A DNA stretch of 64,000 nt from an uncultured Pseudobdellovibrionaceae bacterium (GTDB lineage: Bacteria; Pseudomonadota; Alphaproteobacteria; Micavibrionales; Micavibrionaceae), in the NCBI GenBank assembly GCA_964467925.1, contig CAYXSX010000001.1, positions 6,870 to 70,869 of the forward strand, in the 5' to 3' direction. Position 1 is the first letter of the stretch. Every line of letters begins with the position of its first letter. A program made the position numbers and the translations under genes. Positions 20,098 to 30,966 of this stretch are shown here, in pieces. Under the pieces are notes generated by a model. It was not told where the DNA came from and searched no databases. It saw nothing but the letters and a program-made list of their open reading frames with translations.

Positions 20098-21447
20098 TCA
20101 TAAAAAATCCAGAATGAAATCATTGCCGTTATCGCGCGTATTAATGCTGATCGTGCCACCATGAAGCTCCGCCGCCTTTTTCACGATAGACAAACCGAGG
20201 CCAGAGCCGCGTGCGCCCGTGTTCCCGGGTAATTTTTCAAACCGTTCGAATATCTTGATTTTATGCTCTGGCGGAATGGGCGTGCCGTAATCACGCACGA
20301 TGATTTTTTTTTCCGCCACAATCACCTCGACCGGCAATTTATCCGGCGTATGTTTCAACGCGTTCTCAAGCAGATTCAAAATCGCCCTGAACAAAGTATC
20401 TTCGTTTCCCATGATCACTTGGTCGTAACAAAGCTGCTCCAGTGATAATTCCTTCTCATGGGAAATAAACAGCGGCCCTATATCTTCACATGCCTTTTTC
20501 GCAATATCGTTCAGACTCACCTCCCCTTGCGGGCCGGCATCGGCCAGATCAAGGCGAGAAATATCGAGCATCTGGCTGATCAAGTGATTGATGTTACGCA
20601 AATCCTCATTCAGCATGAAAACTTCGCGTTCATTGCTAAGCGACGATATGCGCGCCTTCAAAATAGAAATTGGCGTCCGCAGTTCATGCGCGGCATTGGC
20701 GATGAAAAATTTCTGCGCTTCGGCCTTTTTCTCCAGTCGCGCAAGGCTGTTATTCACACTCTGGATAAGCGGTAAAATTTCCGCATGAACATTGCTCTCA
20801 TCCAGTCGCGCCGAAAGATTGTCGTATTTAATGTTTCGAGCCTCACGCGCCGCTGTTAATACGGGGCGTAACGCCTCTTTAAAAATCAAGACGATGACAA
20901 AGGCCTGCAGCAAAAGCAACGGTCCGCCCAGAAGAATAATATTGTTCAAAAAGTCTTTTTTTAGCGAGGCAATAAACTTCGTGAATTCATCAGCATACTC
21001 AATCACGTAAATAGGATAAATTTTCCCTTCAAACAGGTAGTCATACTTCAGACCTGCAAAAAACTTTCCGTCTTTCGTTTCGAAATTAAAATAGTGCTTT
21101 CCTGTTTTTTTCAGGGTGCCTTTGATTTTATCACTCATGAAATTATTGGATTGAAAAAGGATTCTCCCGCTCGCGTTCATCACCGCATATTGGTGATTAT
21201 CTGTGGGCTCCGCGTAATACTCTTCATAGCGGCGCGGGAAATCGACCTCGAACTTTCCCTTCCAGTCGTATTCAATGAAGGATGCGATCTTGCGGGCTTG
21301 CTCCAGCAACTCTTCCTGCTCTACCGATTTCGTAAGTGCTGTGATCTGCGAGAAAATCAACACCCCAAGCAACATCAGTATAACAACCGAAGTCAGGAAT
21401 ACATATAATACAACCCGCAAGCTGAGTGATTTGGGCATGAACTTCAT
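20098..21447 (-). CDS. Sensor histidine kinase (two TM, periplasmic sensor, HAMP, HisKA, HATPase)
   Basis: H-box AAHELRTPISIL and G-box GSGLGLSIVKK. Directly downstream of its response regulator. Confidence 0.9.
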   Translation of the reverse strand: MKFMPKSLSLRVVLYVFLTSVVILMLLGVLIFSQITALTKSVEQEELLEQARKIASFIEYDWKGKFEVDFPRRYEEYYAEPTDNHQYAVMNASGRILFQSNNFMSDKIKGTLKKTGKHYFNFETKDGKFFAGLKYDYLFEGKIYPIYVIEYADEFTKFIASLKKDFLNNIILLGGPLLLLQAFVIVLIFKEALRPVLTAAREARNIKYDNLSARLDESNVHAEILPLIQSVNNSLARLEKKAEAQKFFIANAAHELRTPISILKARISSLSNEREVFMLNEDLRNINHLISQMLDISRLDLADAGPQGEVSLNDIAKKACEDIGPLFISHEKELSLEQLCYDQVIMGNEDTLFRAILNLLENALKHTPDKLPVEVIVAEKKIIVRDYGTPIPPEHKIKIFERFEKLPGNTGARGSGLGLSIVKKAAELHGGTISINTRDNGNDFILDFL

Positions 21448-21449
21448 GC

Positions 21450-22130
21450 TTACACCTCTTTTTTGCTTTTGATCAGATACCCGATACCGCGCAGTGTTTT
21501 AATCTCGACATCACTACCCGCAACTTCCAGTTTTTTACGCAGGCGGTGCATAACGACTTCCACGGAGTTCTGCGACCCCTCTTCGCTATGACCATATAAA
21601 GCAGAGATAAGAGTGTCCTTATTAACCACCCGCCCCGGAAGCCGCATAAGCCGCTCAAGCGCATCACGCTCCTTGGCGGTTATTTCTGTGGGCTGGTCGT
21701 TTATCCTCACCAAACTTTGGGTCGGCACAAATTCTAGATTGCCCTGCTTAAGAACCGTATCGACCGCATCGGAAGGACGGCGATGAAGCGCATGAATGCG
21801 CGCGATCAACTCATCCATTTCGAACGGCTTGATCACGTAATCATCTGCTCCGCTATTTAGTCCGGCGACTTTGTCGCCCAACTCATCTTTGGCGGTCAGG
21901 ATCAGAACCGGAATTTTCACCCCGTCCTCTCGCAGGGTTTTAAGAAGATCAAGCCCCTCCATATCGGGCAAACCGCGGTCAAGGATGATCAGGTCATGAA
22001 CGCTTGCATCAATAACGTCCAAAGCCTGCTCACCGCTTACGGCGGTCTGGCACTTAATCCCGATCTTTTCGAGTTGGGCGGCGATCAGCGCGCTCAAATC
22101 TGCCTGATCTTCAACAATAACAATATTCAT
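21450..22130 (-). CDS. OmpR-family DNA-binding response regulator
   Basis: REC domain (IVIVEDQ, LIILDRGLPDMEG, KPF) plus winged-helix C-terminus (TLRGIGYLI). Confidence 0.95.
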   Translation of the reverse strand: MNIVIVEDQADLSALIAAQLEKIGIKCQTAVSGEQALDVIDASVHDLIILDRGLPDMEGLDLLKTLREDGVKIPVLILTAKDELGDKVAGLNSGADDYVIKPFEMDELIARIHALHRRPSDAVDTVLKQGNLEFVPTQSLVRINDQPTEITAKERDALERLMRLPGRVVNKDTLISALYGHSEEGSQNSVEVVMHRLRKKLEVAGSDVEIKTLRGIGYLIKSKKEV

Positions 22131-22151
22131 ACGGCCCCAGCCTATGCTTTG

Positions 22152-22628
22152 TTAATTCCTGTAATTAGCAATAGCATAGGATTCGCCGCCGTGAATATAA
22201 TTCATGATAAGCTCGTTTTCGTTTCTGACGTCCTCGAACGATTTCATCACGTCGCGGCCCAGATCGCGCATCGAAACGATACCGCGCAAACGGTTGCCCT
22301 CAAGAACGGGCATGTATTCCCATTGATAGGCAAGCATCGCCTCATAGGTTTCCTTAACGCTCTGATACACTTCCACATGCGGCGGGTTAAGCGCCATCGC
22401 CTCATAAAGCGAAGTTTCATCCGGATTAAGGTTTTGCCTGATCACGCTACGATTAAAATCGCCGCGGCTGAACACCCCTGCGAAATCGTCTTCACATTCC
22501 ACGCCGATAATATCGATTTCGTAAATGTCCATTATCCCCATCGCGGTCGTAACACTTACACTGCCTTGCAAGCAAGGTGTTCTATTGGCGGGAAGGACAT
22601 CACCGATTCTTTGAAACATCACACACAT
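22152..22628 (-). CDS. CBS-domain pair protein
   Basis: Two CBS-like repeats (GVFSRGDFNRSVI and GIVSMRDLGRDVM). Start at ATG 22628 with AAGGAG 6 nt upstream. Confidence 0.8.
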   Translation of the reverse strand: MCVMFQRIGDVLPANRTPCLQGSVSVTTAMGIMDIYEIDIIGVECEDDFAGVFSRGDFNRSVIRQNLNPDETSLYEAMALNPPHVEVYQSVKETYEAMLAYQWEYMPVLEGNRLRGIVSMRDLGRDVMKSFEDVRNENELIMNYIHGGESYAIANYRN

Positions 22629-22684
22629 TTTTTGTCTCCTTATGCTATTTGGCCTCACACTTTCATGGTCTCAGATTCACCTTG

Positions 22685-22698
22685 CACGAACCTTACAA
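22685..22698 (-). promoter_or_regulatory. Shared 14-bp motif TTGTAAGGTTCGTG (minus-strand reading), copy 1
   Basis: An identical 14-mer also occurs at 23190-23203. This copy lies 57 nt upstream of the CBS gene start. Confidence 0.3.
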
Positions 22699-22782
22699 AC
22701 GCATCTTTTTTCATTTAATTCCGATTAAGTTTTATCCTTTGTGGATAAGTTTTTTAATGCGCTACACCCTGAAACAATACAC

Positions 22783-22815
22783 AAAAAAATGGCCGATCCG
22801 TTGAAGGACCGGCCA
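22783..22815 (-). terminator. Rho-independent terminator of the 87-aa ORF
   Basis: On the minus strand: a 10-bp stem (one mismatch; TGGCCGGTCC/GGATCGGCCA), a 6-nt loop, then a T7 run. Confidence 0.6.
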
Positions 22816-22871
22816 AGGTTTGCGGGAGTCGGGACTAGAGAAATAAGTACATAGAGAAAAAAAGCTAGTAT

Positions 22872-23135
22872 CTAATGCGTGCGGATATCGATCCGTTCCA
22901 CGGAAAATCCATCGCGCTCTGCCTGATCTTTGAGGTTTTGAAGGTCCGTCACCAGATCATAAAGGTAAGTATCAAAACCACGGAATTCTGTTTCTTCCTC
23001 GCTGTAGGTATCAAGCACAAGAACATGCTCGTCGCACTTGCCAAGGCTCGCCTCGCTCTTCATATAGGCTTTACGCACCAGCGGGTGTGCGGCGGTAAGA
23101 TTGCCCTGATATCTTTCCAAATTTAGCATTTTCAA
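22872..23135 (-). CDS. Hypothetical small acidic protein (87 aa)
   Basis: Clean ORF with its own terminator and the shared upstream 14-mer. No recognisable domain. Confidence 0.55.
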   Translation of the reverse strand: MKMLNLERYQGNLTAAHPLVRKAYMKSEASLGKCDEHVLVLDTYSEEETEFRGFDTYLYDLVTDLQNLKDQAERDGFSVERIDIRTH

Positions 23136-23189
23136 ATCCTTTCACGTTGCTCGTTTTGTCTACGAATCAACTATCGCATCCGGAGCTTT

Positions 23190-23203
23190 CACGAACCTTA
23201 CAA
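23190..23203 (-). promoter_or_regulatory. Shared 14-bp motif TTGTAAGGTTCGTG, copy 2
   Basis: Identical to 22685-22698. This copy lies 55 nt upstream of the 87-aa ORF start. Confidence 0.3.
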
Positions 23204-23326
23204 GGAAGAAAGATTCCGGCTTGTTTTTTTGATTTTTTAAATTTGAATGAGGAGATAAACGGAAATACGCCGAGCGCGAAAATCACGGCTGCTCAAAATA
23301 TGTGAGATAAAGCCGTTCAATCCCCC

Positions 23327-24661
23327 TTACGCCCGCAGCGTCTCCCGGAACCTTACCGGTTTTCCGGCGGGTTTGCCGATCAGCTCGTCATCGCGCATAA
23401 CCGTGCGTCCGCGAATAATCGTCATCACCGGCCAGCCCGTGACCTTCATCCCGTCATAGGGGGTCCAGCCCGCTTTCGATTTTTGCTGCGCATTTGTAAT
23501 GGTCTGCTCTTTCTTCAAATCCACAATGGTAAAATCGGCGTCATAACCGCGTGCGATCCGTCCCTTACACGCGATCTGATGAATGCGCTGCGGCCCGTAA
23601 CACAAAAGGTCCACCAGCCGCTCTAAACTCAGCTTGCCGTTATTCACATGGTTCAACATGACAGGTATCAATGTTTGCACTCCCGGTGTTCCGCTCGGCG
23701 ACTTCGGATAGGTTTGCACCTTTTCCTCTAATGTATGAGGAGCGTGATCTGATCCCAAAATATCGACAGTTCCGTCATTTATCGCTTTCCACAGCGCATC
23801 CTGATGGTGTTTTTCCCTGATCGGCGGGTTCTGCTGCGCCTTCGAGCCCAGCTCTTTGTAGCAATCGGGTGCATGTAGCGTCAGGTGATTGGCCAGCACT
23901 TCCACGCTTGCCACATCCTTGTTCTGCGCCAGAAACTCCATTTCCTGCGCTGTAGTAATATGAAGCACATGAACCCGGCGCCCGTATTTACGCGCCGCCG
24001 TAACAAGACGCTTGGTCGCCTTCATGCATCCTTCTTCTGACCGCCAGATATGGTGCATCGCTACATCCGTGCTCTCGCCCAGAATTTTCTCCTGATTTTC
24101 GCGCATCATAAATTCGTCTTCGGCATGGGCCGCCAGCACGCGCTTACCGTGCGACAGCACCGCCTCCACCGCTTCGTCCGTGGCGGTCAGAAGATCGCCT
24201 GTGCTCGAGCCCATGAAAATCTTGATCCCGCAAACGCCGGGCAAGCTCTCCCATTCCGGCAGGTTTTTGGCGTTTTCCTGCGTCCCGCCGAAATAAAAGG
24301 CGTAATCGGTCCACGCGCCCTTGGCCGCGCGCGCCAGCTTGTCTTCAAGCGCTTCGGGCGTGGTTGTCAGCGGCTTGGTGTTGGGCATTTCAAATATCGC
24401 CGTAACCCCGCCCATGGCGGCGGCCATCATACCGGTCTCTAGCGTTTCCTTATACTCGCCCCCCGGCTCGCGGAAATGCACCTGCGTATCGATCGCGCCG
24501 GGCATGATATGCAGGCCCGAACAATCGATAACCTCGCCTCCATCCCCTGCCCCGAAACTGCCAAAAGCCTCGATCCTGCCGTCTTTAACGGCGATATCGG
24601 TCTGGATGATCCCTTGCGGCAATACGGTCGTGCCGTTTTTGAGGATAAGGTCGTAAGTCAT
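23327..24661 (-). CDS. pyrC: Dihydroorotase (amidohydrolase, long type)
   Basis: Metal-binding DTQVHFREPG and HAED; SDHAPH near the C-terminus; 444 aa. Confidence 0.9.
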   Translation of the reverse strand: MTYDLILKNGTTVLPQGIIQTDIAVKDGRIEAFGSFGAGDGGEVIDCSGLHIMPGAIDTQVHFREPGGEYKETLETGMMAAAMGGVTAIFEMPNTKPLTTTPEALEDKLARAAKGAWTDYAFYFGGTQENAKNLPEWESLPGVCGIKIFMGSSTGDLLTATDEAVEAVLSHGKRVLAAHAEDEFMMRENQEKILGESTDVAMHHIWRSEEGCMKATKRLVTAARKYGRRVHVLHITTAQEMEFLAQNKDVASVEVLANHLTLHAPDCYKELGSKAQQNPPIREKHHQDALWKAINDGTVDILGSDHAPHTLEEKVQTYPKSPSGTPGVQTLIPVMLNHVNNGKLSLERLVDLLCYGPQRIHQIACKGRIARGYDADFTIVDLKKEQTITNAQQKSKAGWTPYDGMKVTGWPVMTIIRGRTVMRDDELIGKPAGKPVRFRETLRA

Positions 24662-24788
24662 TGTAATGATCCGCTTCCTGCTCTATAAGCCTTGTGAATG
24701 AAGTTGTGGACAGGAGTATGACAACTGCGCGCCCCATCTTCAAGCATCAAAGCGGGGAATTTCGGCCCCGCGCAAATGCTTATATTTC

Positions 24789-24816
24789 TTGACACTCCTT
24801 AATAGATGTGTATATT
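24789..24816 (+). promoter_or_regulatory. Candidate sigma-70 promoter of rplU-rpmA (TTGACA-16-TATATT)
   Basis: Consensus -35 at 24789-24794 and -10 at 24811-24816; about 58 nt upstream of the rplU ATG. Confidence 0.45.
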
Positions 24817-24873
24817 TGCGCGACTTTGATATTAAAACACTTAATAAACACTAGAAATTTAAAGGTTAGAGCG

Positions 24874-25176
24874 ATGTTTGCAATCGTACGCACAGGCGGA
24901 AAACAATATAAAGTAGCCAAAGGCGATAAAATCGAGATCGAAAAGCTTGAAGGCAAAGCCGGCGACAAAATTAACCTGGACGAAGTGCTCTTCGTAGACG
25001 GTAAAATCGGCGCGCCGCTTGTTGCTGGCGCTTCCGTTGCGGCGAAACTGGTTGACCAGATCCGCGGCCCGAAAATCACGGTATTCAAAAAGAAACGCCG
25101 TCAGAATTACCGCCGCAAAAAAGGTCACCGTCAGGATCTGACACTGATCGAAATTACAGACATCAAGGCGGCATAA
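24874..25176 (+). CDS. rplU: 50S ribosomal protein L21
   Basis: [18 protein letters not shown] start and [16 protein letters not shown] tail. Confidence 0.95.
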   Translation: MFAIVRTGGKQYKVAKGDKIEIEKLEGKAGDKINLDEVLFVDGKIGAPLVAGASVAAKLVDQIRGPKITVFKKKRRQNYRRKKGHRQDLTLIEITDIKAA

Positions 25177-25217
25177 GCCCCTCACTAGGTGAGAAAAGAA
25201 TTTAAGGAGAATATATT

Positions 25218-25499
25218 ATGGCCCATAAAAAAGCAGGTGGTAGTTCCAGAAACGGTCGCGACTCGGCAGGTCGCCGTCTCGGCGTCAAGAAATTCGGCGG
25301 CGAAATCGTTCTGGCCGGTAACATTATCGTGCGTCAGCGCGGTACGAAATATTCCGCCGGCACTAATGTGGGCATCGGCCGCGATCACACAATTTACTCC
25401 CTGATTGATGGTCAGGTCGTGTTTACAAAACGCGCCAATGACCGCCCGGTTGTAAACGTTCTTCCCGCCAATGATGTACAGGCACAGGCGGCTGAATAA
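25218..25499 (+). CDS. rpmA: 50S ribosomal protein L27
   Basis: [28 protein letters not shown]. Confidence 0.97.
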   Translation: MAHKKAGGSSRNGRDSAGRRLGVKKFGGEIVLAGNIIVRQRGTKYSAGTNVGIGRDHTIYSLIDGQVVFTKRANDRPVVNVLPANDVQAQAAE

Positions 25500-25513
25500 C
25501 CCAGACCCGGTAA

Positions 25514-27765
<2,252 letters not shown>

Positions 27766-27772
27766 ATAATAT

Positions 27773-27800
27773 TTGACATAATTTTATTTTGCTGTATTTT
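27773..27800 (+). promoter_or_regulatory. Candidate sigma-70 promoter (TTGACA-16-TATTTT)
   Basis: Located upstream of the 111-aa secreted ORF. Pattern match only. Confidence 0.4.
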
Positions 27801-27832
27801 CAGCTTCTCATTGGTTTGAACAGGAGAATGAA

Positions 27833-28168
27833 ATGAATTACCCATCATCAATTAGAGCAGGAGCACTTGCCCTAGCTCTCTCAAGCGCCGCACTCACACC
27901 CGCGCTTGCCCAGCACTCAAACCTCAACGTGACACAGAGCAACACCACTCAGCCCACCGCCAATGGAAATGGCGGCACGGGGACGGCCAGTTCCCATGGA
28001 GGTACAGCTGACAACTCGTCCATAACAAACAATCTTGAAGCACAGGCACAAAGAGCATGGAAAGCTATAGAAGCAATTATGAGAGAAAACAGAGATAAGA
28101 AATTACCCCCTCAGATGCATGATTGTGGCAAAACTGAAATCAATGATCCTGCGTGTACCGCCGATTAA
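27833..28168 (+). CDS. Hypothetical secreted low-complexity protein (111 aa)
   Basis: Signal peptide ending PALA-QH. N/T/G-rich region and two C-terminal Cys. GGAGAA RBS and its own strong terminator. Confidence 0.55.
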   Translation: MNYPSSIRAGALALALSSAALTPALAQHSNLNVTQSNTTQPTANGNGGTGTASSHGGTADNSSITNNLEAQAQRAWKAIEAIMRENRDKKLPPQMHDCGKTEINDPACTAD

Positions 28169-28196
28169 AATATATATAAGCCTATAACATTCGACC

Positions 28197-28239
28197 AAGC
28201 CCGCGAATTCTTTTCCAGTTTTCGCGGGCTTTTATTTTT
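28197..28239 (+). terminator. Rho-independent terminator
   Basis: 11-bp stem AAGCCCGCGAA / TTCGCGGGCTT, 13-nt loop, then a T-rich tail. Confidence 0.75.
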
Positions 28240-28260
28240 CTAAAACACCTTCAAAAAAAA

Positions 28261-28287
28261 CTCCGTGCTCTCCGTGTTCTCCGTGTT
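28261..28287. repeat. 9-bp tandem repeat x3 (CTCCGTGYT)
   Basis: CTCCGTGCT CTCCGTGTT CTCCGTGTT, ending 13 nt before the pepN ATG. Confidence 0.85.
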
Positions 28288-28299
28288 AGAATTACCGCC

Positions 28300-30966
28300 A
28301 TGAGAACCGACACACCCAAAACAATTTATCTGAAAGATTACAAACCTTATCCCTTCGCTATCGGGCATCTGGATTTAACGTTCCAGATTCACGACGGCCA
28401 TACGGATGTATCCGCGCGCAGCGCCATTCGTAAAACCGATCAGACGGCAACGGAAATTTTCCTCAACGGTGAAGATTTGGAGCTTCTTTCCATCGAGATA
28501 GATGGTCGGGAGATCAACGATTACCGCCGTGACGAACACGGACTTTACATCCCCTGCCCGGCGGAAGGCTTTACTCTGGAGATCAAAACCCGCATCAAGC
28601 CGGAGGAAAATACGCGCCTCGAAGGTCTGTATAAGTCCGGGGATACTTACTGTACACAATGCGAAGCCGAAGGGTTCCGGCGGATTACATTTTATCCCGA
28701 CCGCCCCGATGTGATGACCACATTCACTACGCGCATAGAGGCGGACAAAAAATTTCCCGTACTTCTGGGCAACGGCAACCGTGTGGATGGCGGAGAGCTG
28801 GAAAACGGGCGTCATTACACAATCTGGGAAGATCCCTGGCCCAAACCCTGCTACCTGTTCGCGCTGGTGGCCGGAGACCTCACCCATATTCACGATACGT
28901 ACAAAACCGCATCAGACCGTCTGGTCGATCTGTATATTTTCGTACGGCCCGGAGATGAAAGCCAGTGCGCCCACGCGATGGAATCGCTCAAAAAATCCAT
29001 GAAGTGGGACGAGGACACATACGGGCTGGTTTACGACCTTGACGTATTCAATATTGTCGCGGTCAGTGACTTCAACATGGGGGCGATGGAAAATAAGTCG
29101 CTCAACATTTTCAACACCGCTCTTGTATTGGCGCATCAAGACACCGCTACGGATCAAGATTTTATGCGCGTGGAAAGCGTGATCGCGCATGAATATTTCC
29201 ACAACTGGAGCGGTAACCGCGTGACCTGCCGCGACTGGTTCCAGCTTTCACTCAAAGAGGGTCTAACCGTTTTCCGCGATCAGGAATTCTCAAGCGATAT
29301 GAATTCCCGCGCCGTGCAACGCATCGACGACGTGCAGCATTTGCGCAAATTACAATTTGCCGAGGATGCCGGGCCGCTCGCCCATCCCATCCGCCCGGAC
29401 AATTATATCGAGATCAATAATTTCTATACCATGACGGTGTACGAGAAAGGCGCCGAAGTCATCCGCATGTTCCGCACCCTGATGGGGCCGGAAAAATACC
29501 GCAAGGCGACCGATCTTTATTTCTCCCGCCATGACGGCCATGCGGCAACCTGCGAAGACTGGATTAAATGCATGGAAGAGGCTTCCGGCTTTGATTTCAG
29601 CCAGTTTCGCCTGTGGTACAGCCAGGCTGGCACGCCCGAGGTCACATTCAAAGGCGTACACGACATTAAGAACGGCGTATACAGCATTGAACTTTCACAA
29701 AAAAATCCCGATACACCCGGTCAGAAGGACAAGAAGCCCATGCACATTCCCGTGGCCATCGGCCTTGTGGATGAACATGGGGAAGACGTTGTGGAAGATG
29801 TGCTTCATCTAACTGAAGAAAAACAGGAATTTAAATTCGAAAACATATCCACAAAGGTGGTGCCGTCGGTGTTACGGAATTTCTCGGCTCCGGTGAAGCT
29901 CCGTACGTCTCTTGAAAATGCGGAATTGTCGTTTTTGATGCTGCATGACAAAGACGGATTTAATCGCTGGGAAGCCGGGCAGCAATTATATTTGCACATG
30001 CTGAATAACATGATTGATTCCTCCCCCTCTCGTCATCCTGAAGGGTCGAAGACCCTGAAGGATCTTCCCTCAACCGAACGAGATTCTTCAGCGCAAGCGC
30101 TTCAGGATGACATGTATAAATTCATGGAGACGATCGGCAAATTGATCGAACAGGGCATGGAGGCTGAAACCGATAAGGCGTTGCTCGCCCGCTCCCTCAC
30201 CCCGCCCGATATCGCCGCGATCGGTCAGAGCCGGGACGAAGTCGATCCCGATGCGATTTACAAGGCACGCCAAAGCTTGCTCGCCGCGATTAAACGCGAA
30301 CACCGCAAGGCACTCGATAAATTATATACCTCGTGCGAAGATAAGGGCGACTTCAGTATTACGCCGGAAGCCATGGGTGCCCGGGCGCTGCGCGCCGCCC
30401 TGCTTCGCATTTTGACCGCCACGCACGGCACTGGTTGTGCCAAGCTTTCCAAAGCGCATTATGATAGCGCGGATAACATGACCGACCGTATCGCGGCGCT
30501 TTCCGTACTGACCGACATCAACCAGCCGCAGCGTGAAGAGGCTTTCGATGATTTTTATGGACGGTATAAAAACTACCCACTGGTTGTAGATAAGTATTTC
30601 TCGTTGCAGGCTGTAGCAGTGCGTTCAGACATCATAGAATGCCTTAACAAACTCAAACATCATCCTGATTTTAATATCAAAAACCCAAACCGTGTGCGCT
30701 CGCTATACGCCGCTTTTGCCATGAACAACCTAGTCGGTTTCCATGCTGTGGACGGATCGGGGTATAAGTTTTTGGGCGATGCGATTGTAGAGCTCAATTC
30801 TATCAACCCACAGATTGCCGCGCGGCTGCTTACCCCTCTTCGCGAATGGCGCCGCTATACGTCGGATCGCCGCGAAAAGATGCAGGCCACGCTGGAACGC
30901 ATTCTTGAAACACCGAATCTTAGTCCCGATGTCTTTGAAATCGCCAGCAAAAGCCTTAAATCCTGA
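28300..30966 (+). CDS. pepN: Aminopeptidase N (M1 family)
   Basis: GAMEN and HEYFHNWSGNRVT...LKEG zinc motifs; 888 aa. Carries an in-frame palindromic insert at 30031-30111. Confidence 0.95.
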   Translation: MRTDTPKTIYLKDYKPYPFAIGHLDLTFQIHDGHTDVSARSAIRKTDQTATEIFLNGEDLELLSIEIDGREINDYRRDEHGLYIPCPAEGFTLEIKTRIKPEENTRLEGLYKSGDTYCTQCEAEGFRRITFYPDRPDVMTTFTTRIEADKKFPVLLGNGNRVDGGELENGRHYTIWEDPWPKPCYLFALVAGDLTHIHDTYKTASDRLVDLYIFVRPGDESQCAHAMESLKKSMKWDEDTYGLVYDLDVFNIVAVSDFNMGAMENKSLNIFNTALVLAHQDTATDQDFMRVESVIAHEYFHNWSGNRVTCRDWFQLSLKEGLTVFRDQEFSSDMNSRAVQRIDDVQHLRKLQFAEDAGPLAHPIRPDNYIEINNFYTMTVYEKGAEVIRMFRTLMGPEKYRKATDLYFSRHDGHAATCEDWIKCMEEASGFDFSQFRLWYSQAGTPEVTFKGVHDIKNGVYSIELSQKNPDTPGQKDKKPMHIPVAIGLVDEHGEDVVEDVLHLTEEKQEFKFENISTKVVPSVLRNFSAPVKLRTSLENAELSFLMLHDKDGFNRWEAGQQLYLHMLNNMIDSSPSRHPEGSKTLKDLPSTERDSSAQALQDDMYKFMETIGKLIEQGMEAETDKALLARSLTPPDIAAIGQSRDEVDPDAIYKARQSLLAAIKREHRKALDKLYTSCEDKGDFSITPEAMGARALRAALLRILTATHGTGCAKLSKAHYDSADNMTDRIAALSVLTDINQPQREEAFDDFYGRYKNYPLVVDKYFSLQAVAVRSDIIECLNKLKHHPDFNIKNPNRVRSLYAAFAMNNLVGFHAVDGSGYKFLGDAIVELNSINPQIAARLLTPLREWRRYTSDRREKMQATLERILETPNLSPDVFEIASKSLKS
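30031..30111. repeat. Palindromic MITE/REP-like element, type 1 (GTCATCCTGAAG ends), inside pepN
   Basis: Perfect 12-bp terminal inverted repeats. Inner inverted repeat TGAAGGATCT/AGATTCTTCA. By eye, about three-quarters identical to the reverse complement of 47011-47089. Confidence 0.8.

Noticed and set aside
28261-28287. Tandem 9-mers, or the dispersed palindromes, as a CRISPR array
   Set aside because: The repeats are contiguous with no spacers. The palindromic elements are single dispersed copies without regular spacing, and no cas genes are present.
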